A DNA stretch of 62,581 nt, the filler included, from Globobulimina sp. (taxonomy: Eukaryota), in NCBI GenBank assembly GCA_003354225.1. It is 25 parts of 25 records of this genome, joined end to end, with 100 filler letters (N's around TTAATTAATTAA, not from the genome) between each part and the next. Parts side by side here need not be neighbours in the genome. Positions count along the whole stretch, not along the records: positions 12,544 to 14,951 come from PIVH01006851.1; positions 15,052 to 17,459 come from PIVH01006852.1; positions 17,560 to 19,967 come from PIVH01006853.1; positions 20,068 to 22,475 come from PIVH01006854.1; positions 22,576 to 24,983 come from PIVH01006855.1; 20 more parts are not named here. One strand, written 5' to 3'. The first letter of the stretch is position 1. Every line of letters starts with the position of its first letter. The notes under the pieces are model-generated. The model saw only the letters and a program-made list of their open reading frames with translations. It was not told the origin of the DNA and did no database searches. Made by a program: the position numbers and the translations under genes. Below, in pieces: positions 12,544 to 25,083 of the stretch.

Positions 12544-14951
12544 TGCTAGCATGTGACGTTTTCAATTGATATTTTTGAACACATTTTTTTAACATTATGC
12601 TGTGTTTTGAATTGGTTAAGTTTACAGACTTAAATTTCACAGATTTTAATCGTTTATTATTATTATTATTGATATTTTGCGAATATTTGATAATTGCTTT
12701 ACAAAAATTTGAACAGTTCCTTACCATTTCATTGTAAGTCAACTCAGTAAAAGCAATATGATTGACTTTGTTAAAAATATCTGTTAATTGAGTGAAACAT
12801 ATTATATTTCTTGATTTATTCTCTTCAAATAATGCACTTTGTAAAATTTGTGGGATATTAAATAATGAGCGGATTGCTATAAAATCGAACCGGGAAACAG
12901 CAAAATAATGAAATAACTTTAAATAATATTTGACATTAAATTTTTCCGTTTTCTTCTTTTCAATTTCTTCAATTTGACCCATTATCTTCCCATCATACTC
13001 CGCGATTTCTTTATTTAAAATAGTATACAATTTCGCACTTTTCCCAAATATTATACCATGATGAGAATGCATCCAAAGTAGGACTAATTTGCGTGCCACC
13101 TCTTGGAAAATCTGACCATCCATTTGATTGACATCACAATATTCTTGAAACGCATTGATTGTTTTCGCCTTTTCATCTGCGCTGATTCTCCATTTATATT
13201 TTTTCTTTGTCACTTCTTCATCGCTTAATATCTTCAATGCAAAAGTATTAAATTGCTGCGACGACATCGATTTAAACAGGCGTTGTTCCAACATTTTGGT
13301 TTCATTGTCATTTTTGGCATCTTCCTCGTCATTCGGGGTTAATAAAATCATATTCATTTCACGTGTTTTTCCCAATTTTGTGCATAGTTTACTGACTCTG
13401 GATTTTGGTTCATTCTCCCAATCAATTTGTTTATTTTCAATCAATCGCTGCAATAAATTAAGTTGTTTCAGTGTATTTTTGGGCACTTCCTGTTTATCCG
13501 TATGATGAATATCGTGGATTTTAAAAATGATATTATTGCCGAAAAATAAATATTCTTTCTCATGGCTAAAATCTGAGATCCATGAAACATCCATATATCG
13601 AGGTTGATCCTTCAAAAATTGGCTAATATTTGCATTTTGATTTATAGTTTCATTTCCATTTCGAAGCGCTAATATAATTCCATTTTCTTTCGAGAAGTTA
13701 ACAGCGCATAGAAAGTCAGGTGTGGTGGAAGTGGGGGCATTGAAATGCGTCAAAAACTCCTTAAATAAAAAAGGTTTATCCAATCCGTGGTAGACAGTCT
13801 GTTCACCGACGAATACGTCGCCATAAAATTCTATAGCTTCGTACAGAAAACGAGAGAAAAAATAATATTTTTTATGCCTTTCTCGAACGGAATCTTCATT
13901 TGTGTCAGTTTCTAATTTTCTAAATGTGCTCCTATAATCATAGCATAACTGACTGAAATCGCAATAAAAACAGATGGCCATCATATGATGAGTGCCCATC
14001 GCATCTCCACGGTTAATATTATAATCGCGATTGTATTGTTTCGAGCGATACCGTCTGTTGTTAATAATTAATTTTATTTTATTAAACGCTTTGTTTAGCA
14101 CACTGTCCCATGCTGTTTCTGATACAAATCCACTGCGAATCATCTCATCTTTTAATGATGTGTTGCCATCAAATGGTTTCAGGAAATGAGGTTTGTGGTC
14201 GAGTCCAAAGCCAAATAAGCCAATATCTGTGGTATACTTATCTTTGTTAATATTATTTTCAAATTCTTGCTGTAGCTGATCATTTTTGGCATCTTCATTC
14301 TCATTGATTTGCTCATTTATTTTAACCAATTCAATGGAGGATAATTTATTAAGATCCATACTCATAAAAGATATCGATCCATACTGTGACCCACGTTTAC
14401 TTCTACGTTTTTTACACGCGCTGGGTTTTATAACTGGTACTTCGATATAAATGGAGTTGAGATCATGCAATAAATGCGAATGAATGGAATCTAATTCATA
14501 TTGAAAAAATTTATCGTTGCGAATTTGATGTTTAATATGCTGATTAATGCTTTTTCCTTTATATTTTCCATATAAATCTGCATTTTTCGAGGTGGAATTG
14601 ATCAAATTAGATCTGGTCACATTTCTTATTATTGTTTCACAGTTTGGATTGTTACATTTATCTAATTTAAATTTACAATCCGCGCATTTATTATCGTCTG
14701 AATCTGCATCAATCTCCATCAATGTCGTCAGAATCTGTTTTTCGTCGTAAGTTTCACATTTAAATAAATTTTCTTTACAATTATGATTGTAAAAATCCAT
14801 ATGTTTTTTCAAACAATGTTTCCAAATATTCATCAAATCCCAGCAAGGAATGCCAAACATTTCCACTCGTTTTTCAGACACAAACTCGTCACATTCTTTA
14901 TAAATCAATTCATATAAATGCTTGATTGTGCCATGAGATATATCTGTATTT
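12544..14951 (-). CDS. Partial protein with an ADP-ribosyltransferase-like (ART) domain
   Basis: ORF of about 790 aa; 'VYHGL...APTSTT..F..AVNF..ENGIIL...DVSWISDFSHEKEYLF' matches ART strand 1, the STS-type motif and the ExE motif. Confidence 0.7.
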
Positions 14952-15051
14952 NNNNNNNNNNNNNNNNNNNNNNNNNNNNNNNNNNNNNNNNNNNNTTAAT
15001 TAATTAANNNNNNNNNNNNNNNNNNNNNNNNNNNNNNNNNNNNNNNNNNNN

Positions 15052-15300
15052 ATATTCCTACAGTAAATCCATCCAATATTCCCACACTAAATCCATCCAA
15101 AAGTCCCACAGTAAATCCATCCAATATCCCAACACTAAATCCATCCAGTATTCCTACAGTAAATCCAACAGTAAATCCATCCAATATCCCAACAGCAAAT
15201 CCATCCAATATTCCTACAGTAAATCCATCCAATATTCCCACAGTAAATCCAACTAAAAGTCCTACCGTAAATCCATCCAATATTCATACTGTAAACCCAA
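15052..15300 (+). repeat. 24-bp coding minisatellite (ATTCCTACAGTAAATCCATCCAAT)n
   Basis: About ten degenerate units read directly. Confidence 0.9.
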
Positions 15301-15935
15301 GCAATTCGCGATCGTCTGACCCATCACAATCACCATCAAAGGTTCCAACAAAAACCATATTGAACAATCCAACTGTTTTGCCTACAAATCTCCCATCATA
15401 TTCACCTTCAAATCATCCAACCAAAATGCCTTCAATCAATCCAACCACTTCTCCACAAACATGGAATCCCACATCTTCGCCATCAAATAATCCAACAAAT
15501 AACATGGAGAAAAAATCAATATTAATTGGATCCCAGTTGTATATATGGTGGTATTTCGTAGCAGCAACAGTATTATTTCTAGTATTAACAATATTGATTG
15601 TAACTATTGTTTGTTTATATAAAAAGAATACTAAACTTACTAAAAAGACATCAAATATCCAACTAACAAGACAAAGATTACAAAGTGATGCAGCAAGTTT
15701 AAATAACACAGCAATAAATAATTATGCATTGGTTCAGCAATTACCAGCTTTAGCTGTTATTAATGCACATGATAATGACCAGTATGCTATAACTGTTCCA
15801 CTACCAAATGAGCCTGATTATTATGACGAAGATGAAGCAGAATCAACAGATGGAATGTATCAAGAACAAGAGCAAGAACGTGAAGGTGAATATGGTACAG
15901 CTGAGTATCAACTTGTTGGAAGTCCATACTTATAA
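15052..15935 (+). CDS. 5'-partial type I membrane protein with a Pro/Thr (PT) repeat stalk
   Basis: (IPTVNPSN)n repeats, a hydrophobic helix 'YIWWYFVAATVLFLVLTILIVTIVCLY', and an acidic tail. Confidence 0.8.
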
Positions 15936-16098
15936 TGACTTTTGTAATATAATAATCCATACTAAATTACTAATATAATTTTAAAATCTTTATATACATA
16001 TTATTATTATTTTTTATATACTGTATTTATAGTTATGAAAATCTTTATAAAATAGGACCTCTTTGTACGGCAGGTTTTTACTAGTGTCAGAGTCTTGG

Positions 16099-17459
16099 AT
16101 GTCGCTTTATTACCTATTTCTATTGATATTATATTACACAGCATGTAATTCCCAACCAATATGGGAAGAAGCTCAAACTTCACTGCCAATACCATTATCT
16201 CGCTTCGTAGTAGGCTCATACGCCGGTAATATGTATTTAGTCGGTGGTGTAACCGACGAATTTGGTGCCACACCAAATGCCAACATCTATGTATTAAACA
16301 TAACAGACGGCACATCCGCCACTATGATCAACACAGATAATACAGCACAATGGCAAAATTTTAGTGAATTCCCAGCTGGAACTTTATGTTGCTTCGACAC
16401 TCAATTCCAAGGCGCATTAACTATGCATTCCACAGGATATTCCCAGACAGATAACATGTTATTTATAGTGCCCTATGTCAGTGAAGCAGCCAACAAACCC
16501 GCAGTCCTCTTAATATTCGACATGGACAGCAAATCATTTCGTTCTCCAAACTATCAATACTTACTTCCAGAACCATTATCAGGTCCATGTGTAATATCCA
16601 CGCAATCCTATGTCTATTTAATTGGTGGCGTATTGTACACACCGCCGGCCCAAATAGATTGGAAAAATACCTTCCAAATCTACAACATCTCCAATGATTC
16701 CTGGTATCGCGCAGAGGCAGTGCCTGCAGCATATTAGGAAATAATATTTATATATTTGGTGGTCGAGCCGCTGATGGATATTTAAATGCGATCGAACGAT
16801 ATAATTTATTGAATCAGGTGGCTTGGCAGATATTATCTGCTGCAGTATTAATAAAGAAAAAAGATGAAGCATTAAGGTGTCACATATATAATTTAAAATC
16901 GTCATAATTAAACGTTTCTGTTAAATACAAAAAACAGCGCAATCGTGGATATAGAAAACGATTTAATATTTTTATTTGGTGGGGCGGGCAACACTTCTTT
17001 GATCCAAGTGTTTGATGAAAATGATTATAGCGTACATATGTTTTATCTGACTGATAATGGAGGACATATACTGGAGCAAAAAAAGAGATTTGCAGTGATA
17101 TTAAGCAATGTAGACGGAAATAATGCAACTGTGTTAATAATGGGTGGGGATCGCCAGACTGAACGTTCTTTTATACCTACAAATGTTATATATGCAGCTG
17201 CCATAACTGAATTAAGTGCATATTACCTACAGCAAAAACGTGGGGAATCCTTACAAGGCATTGGTAATTTTAACAGTATCCCGTCTGGTAAGAGTATAAA
17301 TATTATAATACAGATAAATTTGATGACAAATAAAGTATATCTGACCATTGATGGTCCGGCGGATCGGTACTTTACCATTGGATTCAAAGCAAAAACTATG
17401 AGCGATCGACCATATGCAATATTCGTTTATGGCACTGCGCCGGCTGTGGGTAATGGTAT
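16099..17459 (+). pseudogene. Secreted Kelch-repeat + DOMON-like protein, frameshifted at about 16710, intron 16877-16937, 3' partial
   Basis: Signal peptide; Kelch motifs 'MYLVGG', 'VYLIGG', 'IYIFGG' (shifted frame), 'IFLFGG', 'VLIMGG'; DOMON-like 'GPADRYFTIGF...M..RPYAI'. Confidence 0.65.
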
Positions 17460-17585
17460 NNNNNNNNNNNNNNNNNNNNNNNNNNNNNNNNNNNNNNNNN
17501 NNNTTAATTAATTAANNNNNNNNNNNNNNNNNNNNNNNNNNNNNNNNNNNNNNNNNNNNATTTGAATATTTGATTTGTTAATAAT

Positions 17586-19661
17586 TTAATTCATTAATAT
17601 GACATTTGAAAGTTTCCTATTTATTTTGTTGCAAATTGTAATTTTCATGTCTAATAAACCTAAATTATCAACCAATTCATTTAAAATGTCCCGAATATAT
17701 TTATCATCGTCGAAAAATCTATTTGTTACTTTCTTAAAATAGATTGTTTTCTTTTCATTTTCTTGCTTGTGTTTTTTTGTTAAATATAATAAATATTTCT
17801 CTTCAATAAATTTAAACGGATTATCTAAATTATTAATAAATTTAATGATCAATTTTTCTTGTTTCTGGATGAATTTTGTATTTATTTTATTCAGATAACT
17901 CAATCTATTTTCATATGATAATTTAAATTTATTTGTAATTAATCTAATTTTGGCGTAATGCCAGCCTCTTTCTCTTAATTTACATAATAAGTTATGATGC
18001 GATAAACGATGATCTATTTCTTCGTCATTTAATACAATGGATCGGAAAGATTCCGATGCGTAAACTCCTTGGAAATGATCTAATGAATTATTTGATTTGT
18101 TGTCCAATAATGTGTTTAATTTGCCTTTTTTATAATGTATCTCTGTTGTTATATTGTAATTAATTTCATTTACTTTGATTATCAAATCTAAATAAATCAC
18201 ATTATAACTTATTTCGCACTTTAATAATATATTTGAATTAATATAATCAACGTTATATCTTAAACCATTATCTTTTTGTAATGTTAATTTAATGAATTTG
18301 CAGTCTTCAATGTTTAAAATATCTGTATTTAATTCAAATAATTCATACAAATCATCGATATATCTACGTTCAATTAAAATGTTTATTGCTTCAATTTTTC
18401 TAAACGATAATTTGTTGTCAAATAATTTGTATAACCAGTTTTTCTTCGTTTTATATTCAATAAATAAGAGACAGATATTTGCAATGTTTGGCGAAATAAT
18501 CCAACCAGTTGCAACGACCAAATTTAATTTAACGATTTTACCGTGAAAATGTATGAAAGTGAGTGAAAAAACCATATTAATAATATCAATCACACCATTT
18601 TGAAATATTACATTTATATTTATTTTATCCATCAACCAACGAACTGCGGTAATTATATCATTTAAACCCAATGATTCATAGAGTTTTGATACATCAGCAG
18701 CTCTTTGAAAGATTTCATGATTAATAAATTTATATTTCTCTTTGATATGATTCAAATTAAATTTTAGTTGGTATGAATTTTCGAGTATAATGTTATATTT
18801 TGTATGGAAACGAAATATTGCTAAGTATCCACTTAATTTCTTATTTAAAATGGATTGGAAGAAATTTGATGGATGATTTCCTAAACAGAGCACCGGTCGC
18901 CATGAAAATGGCAGTCCTTTATGGATTTTGTGGAGTGCGCCAATTACAGCAACTTTCGGGTATTGTTTATTATTAATACTGTCATACAAACCATTTATAA
19001 ATGGCCAATATCCAATTTCTTCTTTAATGTTCCATAATGAATTATATTTTGCGATGAAGTCACTATAAAAGTCCTTGATTTTGTGCATAATAAATTTGGA
19101 TACTTCCCATTCTTCATTCGGAATAATGATAAAATTCTCACCGTCTAATAATTTGTATGACTCTTCAAATAAATTCGTTTTAGTCATAATTTCTAATCCC
19201 ATGTTTTTATCCAATTCGACAAATACGAGATTCTCTTTTTTGAATGTATTAAATTGATATTTTGTGATTTCATTAAAATTCATATCATTTTTCAATTTAT
19301 TTCTGAATTTCCAATGATAATCTTTGATTTTCTTGAGATATTTATTTAATTTTGAGTCGAATACATTATATGCATTCAATTTAGTTCTTGGATCAATTGG
19401 CGTTGTTTTGCAATGAATAGATATTTGTCGTTTGATTGACTTCGACGAATTCTTGAATTGTTTGATATATTTATCAATGTCAATGTCGTCTAAAACGCAA
19501 TTTTTGCCCATTTTAGCTATATTTAAGGCAAATTTTGGCGTTGAAAAGGTTTGAAAGTTAAATAAATATTTCTGTGAATATGGTACGATTGAATGATACG
19601 AAGATTTACTAAGTTTGATAAGCAATAATTTATCATTATTATTATTATTATTGTATACCAA
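17586..19661 (-). mobile_element. Penelope-like element reverse transcriptase ORF with no GIY-YIG domain in the ORF
   Basis: Penelope-type motifs 'LDKNMG', 'LHKIHK...WRPV', 'DVSKLYE', 'ATGWIISPNIANI', 'RYIDD', 'YLDL', thumb 'YKK..NTLL..KSN...HFQGV..SE.FR...ERGW', and terminal 'KINRKLSNVIL*'. Confidence 0.85.
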
Positions 19662-20067
19662 TTTATTTATGTGTCAAACTTTCATTTGACTGAATTTGAA
19701 ATGTTGTTCAATTGTATGTTCTTTCCATACTGTTTTAATTGCATTTTTATTGATAATATTTGAATTATTATCATTATTATAAACATTATCATCATCATCG
19801 TCTTCGTCCATATCATTTTTAATCTCATTTTTGTTTCCATTATTTTCTATGGTTTGGTCGAGCGAGTCATCTAAATTACTTTTTTACACTGTGAATTAGA
19901 CTATGATATGATCAAAATATGTCCTATTTACACGCAAAATATGTGTTTGATCATATTATGATCATATNNNNNNNNNNNNNNNNNNNNNNNNNNNNNNNNN
20001 NNNNNNNNNNNTTAATTAATTAANNNNNNNNNNNNNNNNNNNNNNNNNNNNNNNNNNNNNNNNNNNN

Positions 20068-20666
20068 CATATGCTGGCCATGCCTGCTTGCCAGAGATTT
20101 ATACTTCGATGAAAGAGCCGCATCGATTTGAGAGAGTATTGGATGTTTGTTTTATTATTATGTTTCTCACATATTCGGGAATGGCGTTATTTGGATATTT
20201 GCAATTTGGGAAAGCAACAGCTGTCATAATAACAGCCAATTTGGTGGAGAATGAATCGAATAAAATCCAGGTTATCATAGCAAAAAGTCTGATTGGATTA
20301 GTTATTGCAAGTTGTTATTTTCAAATATCTCCAATATTATCAGTGGTTGCTACGATTCCTGAAGATTTTTGTCACATTGCGTCGCCAATGAAAAAAAGGA
20401 TATTTAGATCCATATTTTTTGGGGTTATTGTTGTTTTGTCATGGATTGTAATGAGCCATTTGGCAATTTTAGAGGCTGTGACTGGATCGTTATGCACAAT
20501 GATTACCAGTGTAATATGCCCAGCATTGTTTTATTTTGGATTGAATAGGAAAACTGTGTCAAACACCGAAACGATTATTTTATTTATTTATGTTATTGTT
20601 GGGTTTACATTCGGAACGTTCTTGTTATATAATGATATGGTGGCTGTTATAAACGGTCAACAATGA
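20068..20666 (+). CDS. Amino acid transporter (Aa_trans/AAAP family), C-terminal part
   Basis: 'YAGHACLPEIYTSMKEP.RF', 'GYLQFG', 'TGSL......ICPALFY' and several transmembrane helices. Confidence 0.85.
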
Positions 20667-20860
20667 TTTTTTGTATATAAATAATATGTTAATTGAAATT
20701 AATTCGATCCGGGTCGGAAAATATTTCACCCAGACATAAATTTCTAGAAACTTTTAGCTGCTGTGAAGTATGTCCGCAATGACAACGTCACGCAAATTCT
20801 GATGTCTTCAACGCAACACAGACTGCAACACACAAAGAAATTACTGATTCAAGCACCATT

Positions 20861-21748
20861 TTGTTAACAATCAGTGGATGGAATCAAACTAAATTGACTC
20901 AATTTTCCTCATTATGTCGATTATTATTAAATTTTGCATTGCGAAGAGTAATTATTGTGATTAATAATAATGATTTCGAATCAGTTTCAACTCAAATTAT
21001 GGATAACATTTTGAAAGATCCATTTTTTAGATCAGTTTCAAGAATAAAACAACCAAAATCATGCATTCTCATTGATAAAATCTCACAGAAACATCTCAAA
21101 TTGCCACTGCATCACTTATTGAATAGATTCAGTCTTAAAAGTATGGACAACAACAAATTGCAAATTATTATAATTGATACAATCTCAGTTTTAAATGCTT
21201 TCGACAAATATAAACCATACAATCAACCATTTATTTATCATAACTTATGTAATAACCATTCATTTCAAAGCCAATTGATTGCACTCAAAAACTTTAACAA
21301 TTCATTAAAATTACAAAGTAAACCAAAAAAGGCCGAAACTTGCAATTGTCATATTTTTGAGATGGAATTGAATGGAAATATATCATTGATACCCTTTGCA
21401 ACTTTTATATTTTATAGCTATCGTTGTCATATTTCATTGTTTAAAGCAGAAATCCGAGAAATCACAGAAATGAAAGATAATGAAAATAAAAATCAAAATA
21501 TAAATTCCGAATGTATTCCAGTTTTATATGAATGGAAAACAGCGTATAATATTGGTTCAATAATTCATTTGTGTCAAATGTTTGAGATCCCACTCTTTAT
21601 TCATTTATTTGACGATAAAAAGTTGAATTTATATCAGAATCATTCATTTCTCAGCAAAATGTCTGAGTGTTGTGCCAAGAATGTGGATGCATTGAAATCG
21701 ATGATTGATATTCAAATAATAAATGAGACAGAAATTGAAATGCACTGA
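20861..21748 (+). CDS. Hypothetical protein (start codon uncertain)
   Basis: 295-aa ORF; only a weak SpoU-like 'YNIGSIIHLC' segment. Confidence 0.5.
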   Translation: MLTISGWNQTKLTQFSSLCRLLLNFALRRVIIVINNNDFESVSTQIMDNILKDPFFRSVSRIKQPKSCILIDKISQKHLKLPLHHLLNRFSLKSMDNNKLQIIIIDTISVLNAFDKYKPYNQPFIYHNLCNNHSFQSQLIALKNFNNSLKLQSKPKKAETCNCHIFEMELNGNISLIPFATFIFYSYRCHISLFKAEIREITEMKDNENKNQNINSECIPVLYEWKTAYNIGSIIHLCQMFEIPLFIHLFDDKKLNLYQNHSFLSKMSECCAKNVDALKSMIDIQIINETEIEMH

Positions 21749-21803
21749 AACTGAGTGAAAATATCTTTTTGAAATTGTTGGAAATGGATAAAGAGAGAGT
21801 TGT

Positions 21804-22475
21804 TTATAAATTTGAGCGTAATTTTAACAGCAACTTTCCATGCGCTCCATAAGCCATTGATTTTTGAAACGCTTTTAAATAATTTTCTAACTCAAAAGGT
21901 GATTCATTATCAATTATTATTTTTACTTTATTTTTTTCAACAAATTTCAAAATATACAATATATCTTTTGATACCATTTGATCTGAAAATACATACTTTC
22001 TGTTACCAATCACATTATGAACAAATCGAGATGCAATTAATGGTAAGAAATTTGATATTGTAATAGGTTTTGAAAAGTCATATTCACCACAAATTGTTAC
22101 AAACATACCATTTGATTTTAGTATATTATATTTACAACAATCATTAAATGATTTTTTACCACCAACACAATCATAAACGATATCAAATGCAGCATCTAAC
22201 AATATATTCTCCAATTTTTCTTTCCGATAATTTATAACTTTATCAGCTCCAACTGACAAACATAACTCTTTTTGAGTTGATGTAACAGTAATATCTTTAC
22301 ATAATAATAAATGTTTTGCGATTTGTATTCCTGCGATTCCACATAATGTGCTACCACCTAATATTAATATTCTATCATTTTTTTTTATATTTGCATCACG
22401 CACTAATGCTCCCCAAGCAGTTTCAAACGCGGATTGAATGCTTGCTGCTTCCATTAAAGTCATATTTTTTGGCAC
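21804..22475 (-). CDS. MDR-family NADPH:quinone oxidoreductase-like (RTN4IP1-like), 5' partial
   Basis: 'EAASI..AFETAWGAL', 'ILILGGSTLCG', 'GADKVINY', 'FDIVYDCVGG', 'AHGKLLL'. Confidence 0.85.
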   Translation of the reverse strand: MPKNMTLMEAASIQSAFETAWGALVRDANIKKNDRILILGGSTLCGIAGIQIAKHLLLCKDITVTSTQKELCLSVGADKVINYRKEKLENILLDAAFDIVYDCVGGKKSFNDCCKYNILKSNGMFVTICGEYDFSKPITISNFLPLIASRFVHNVIGNRKYVFSDQMVSKDILYILKFVEKNKVKIIIDNESPFELENYLKAFQKSMAYGAHGKLLLKLRSNL

Positions 22476-22834
22476 NNNNNNNNNNNNNNNNNNNNNNNNN
22501 NNNNNNNNNNNNNNNNNNNTTAATTAATTAANNNNNNNNNNNNNNNNNNNNNNNNNNNNNNNNNNNNNNNNNNNNGGGTTTACAAGGAGTTGTTATTGAT
22601 TTTACTGTAAATTGCAGTGATTTGGGTGATTTGCAATTGATTTGAATGGAATTAATACGGATTGATCTAAAATTGCTAATTCTTTGTTGATTTAGTTTTG
22701 TTTGGGGATTTTTGAGTTTTGTTTATTTTGGATCCAAATTAGTAGATTAATTTGATCCTATTTTGACTGCTTGAATCAGTCCTTATTTGTTTAGTATGTG
22801 GACGTAACAGAATGTTGGTTGGGTTCTGTCCTCT

Positions 22835-23719
22835 ATGGCGAAGACTTACTGTTTTTTTCTAGGTTTTTTTTTCCTTTCACTTCACACTTCACATAATCCC
22901 TTCGTTCCACCTCAAGTTCTATGGCGCGTAAATCCTCCGGCGAGGACTAGTTACGTTTATAATGATCCAAACCAATTTCAACCTCAATACAACCAACAAC
23001 AACACAGTGATTTCCTTTTGAAAATGGTGTTAGTGGGCGATAGCGGTGTGGGTAAATCATGTTTACTTAAACGGTTTGCTTCCAATGATTGGGATCCTAA
23101 ATTTATCTCAACCATAGGCGTTGATTTTGAAATAATGACTTTATCTTTATTGGACAAACAAATTCGACTTCAAATCGTATGTCATATTTTACATTGATCG
23201 CAAAATCGCAATGACTCAATGATTATACATTAATATTTATGATGTGTGTTATAATAATATCATATGTCAATGACCCAGTGGGACACAGCGGGACAGGAGA
23301 GATTTCATAATATAACAACATCATATTACAGAGGAGCACATTGCATAATGATAGTATATGATGTAACGTCGCATGATTCATTCAACAATGTACGTAAATG
23401 GATCGAGGCAGTGCGAACCTACGCAAATCAGGATGTGGCTATTTTAATTGTTGGAAATAAATGCGATTTAAAAAGCAAAAGGGAAATAAAATGGGATCAG
23501 TCATTGCAATATACCCAATCCATCGGATGCGAATTAATTGAAACTTCAGCCAAAACCAACGTGAATGTGGAAAAATCATTCAAACAGTTGGCACAAAATG
23601 GTGTTAAAGTGGTCTTAAATAAAAAAGAAAAGGATAAAATAAGTGCGGTTAAATTGGATCACGGTACTAATATAAATAAAGAACCTGCAAATAATTCATA
23701 TTGTTGTGGATTTCTATAA
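22835..23719 (+). CDS. Rab GTPase (Rab1/Rab8-like), intron 23177-23278; start codon uncertain
   Basis: [44 protein letters not shown], and a C-terminal CC prenylation motif. Confidence 0.93.
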
Positions 23720-24262
23720 TGTATCACCGCCAGTTCGCATCAAACGACAAACGTCACAGTCAATTACGCCGTCATGTCATAGCTATTACTTCTTTTTTCG
23801 CTCTCTCTCATTGTATCACACTTTGTTTGTATTTTTATTATCAATTCTGGCAATGTTTTTTTCTGATTGTTTCAACTTTTTATTTTCTCCGAAAATTCCC
23901 ACTAAAAAAAAACAAATCAAAGCACTATAAGTACGTACGCTAATGATAACAAATCACAACTTTTGAAATGTGACAAGTAGATACATCTGATATGATTAAT
24001 GATTCACATCTCCTGAAAATGAGTGGAATACGTACTTGCTGCTACAAAATTGAGTTACAAGTAAGCGATTTTCTTAGTAATATATCCTTGCACTCCAAAA
24101 CGATGCAACTCACATTGAACAAATTGAATATCTTCCACATATCCTTGCACTCATTGAATGTTCCTCAAATGTCATGGTTAAAGGCGTTAGCAGTTAGCAC
24201 ACAAAAAAACAATGTATTGCAAATTTAATACACATGTGTCAATAATATAATTATTGTGTGGT

Positions 24263-24929
24263 TTAGATAGGTTTTTCTTCGTTGATAGGTCCTTTGGCAT
24301 AAACATAAATGCCGTCTAAGAATTTTCGGATATCTTTATCCGTCACACGACAAGATTGCCAAATAGAAGAAGCAGAGCCTGACACCGCATCGATGTCATT
24401 GCCTTCAATCCAAAGTTCGTCCTTCGTGGCGGTCGGTTCATTGATAGTGACACCAGGACGAACGTCGATTTTTCGTCTCGCTTTCTGTCCGATATAATTC
24501 AAGACTTGCAACGATTTGCCCTCATTCAATACGGTGGCATTAATAGGAAAATGGGCATAAACCAATTTCATTTTGTATCGAAAGCCTTTGGTGACTCCAA
24601 TAAATAAATTCTGGATATGGCCTGCAATGGTTTTAACCACCGCGCATCTCTTCTTTTTATCGAATCTTTTCTCCACCAAAACGGTGTTTTTTTTGGTTTT
24701 TTTTAAGGTTATCATTGCGTGTCGAAAATTGCGGTATAATTTGCCGCGTGGACCTTCGACCCAGACTCTACGGGATCGTATTTTGACTGTGACTGTGTGG
24801 GAGTATTTGTGTTGGTTGGTTTGTTTGTTTGCGTATTTGCTGACAATCCAATAACACCGCTATGTAATGTACTGAACTTCCTTCCGGGATTGGAACCTCT
24901 TTGGTTACTTTCATTAGAATTACAGGCAT
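24263..24929 (-). CDS. RPL9: 60S ribosomal protein L9 (uL6), intron 24793-24877
   Basis: Spliced product MPVILMKVTKEVPIPEGITVKIRSRRVWVEGPRGKL...GVTKGFRYKMKLVYAHFPIN...KDIRKFLDGIYV. Confidence 0.96.
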
Positions 24930-25083
24930 CGTGACTGAGGTTTGTGTGTTGTAGATCGACTTTGATTGCGATGATCTAAACGANNNNNNNNNNNNNNNNN
25001 NNNNNNNNNNNNNNNNNNNNNNNNNNNTTAATTAATTAANNNNNNNNNNNNNNNNNNNNNNNNNNNNNNNNNNNNNNNNNNNN

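Noticed and set aside
14996-15280. Minus-strand (GILDGFTV)n ORF and similar antisense ORFs such as 51645-52217 and 13155-13505
   Set aside because: They are shadows of real genes or coding repeats on the opposite strand.
20861-21748. SpoU/TrmH methyltransferase call
   Set aside because: Only one degenerate motif is present; the catalytic Arg and the C-terminal knot motifs are missing.
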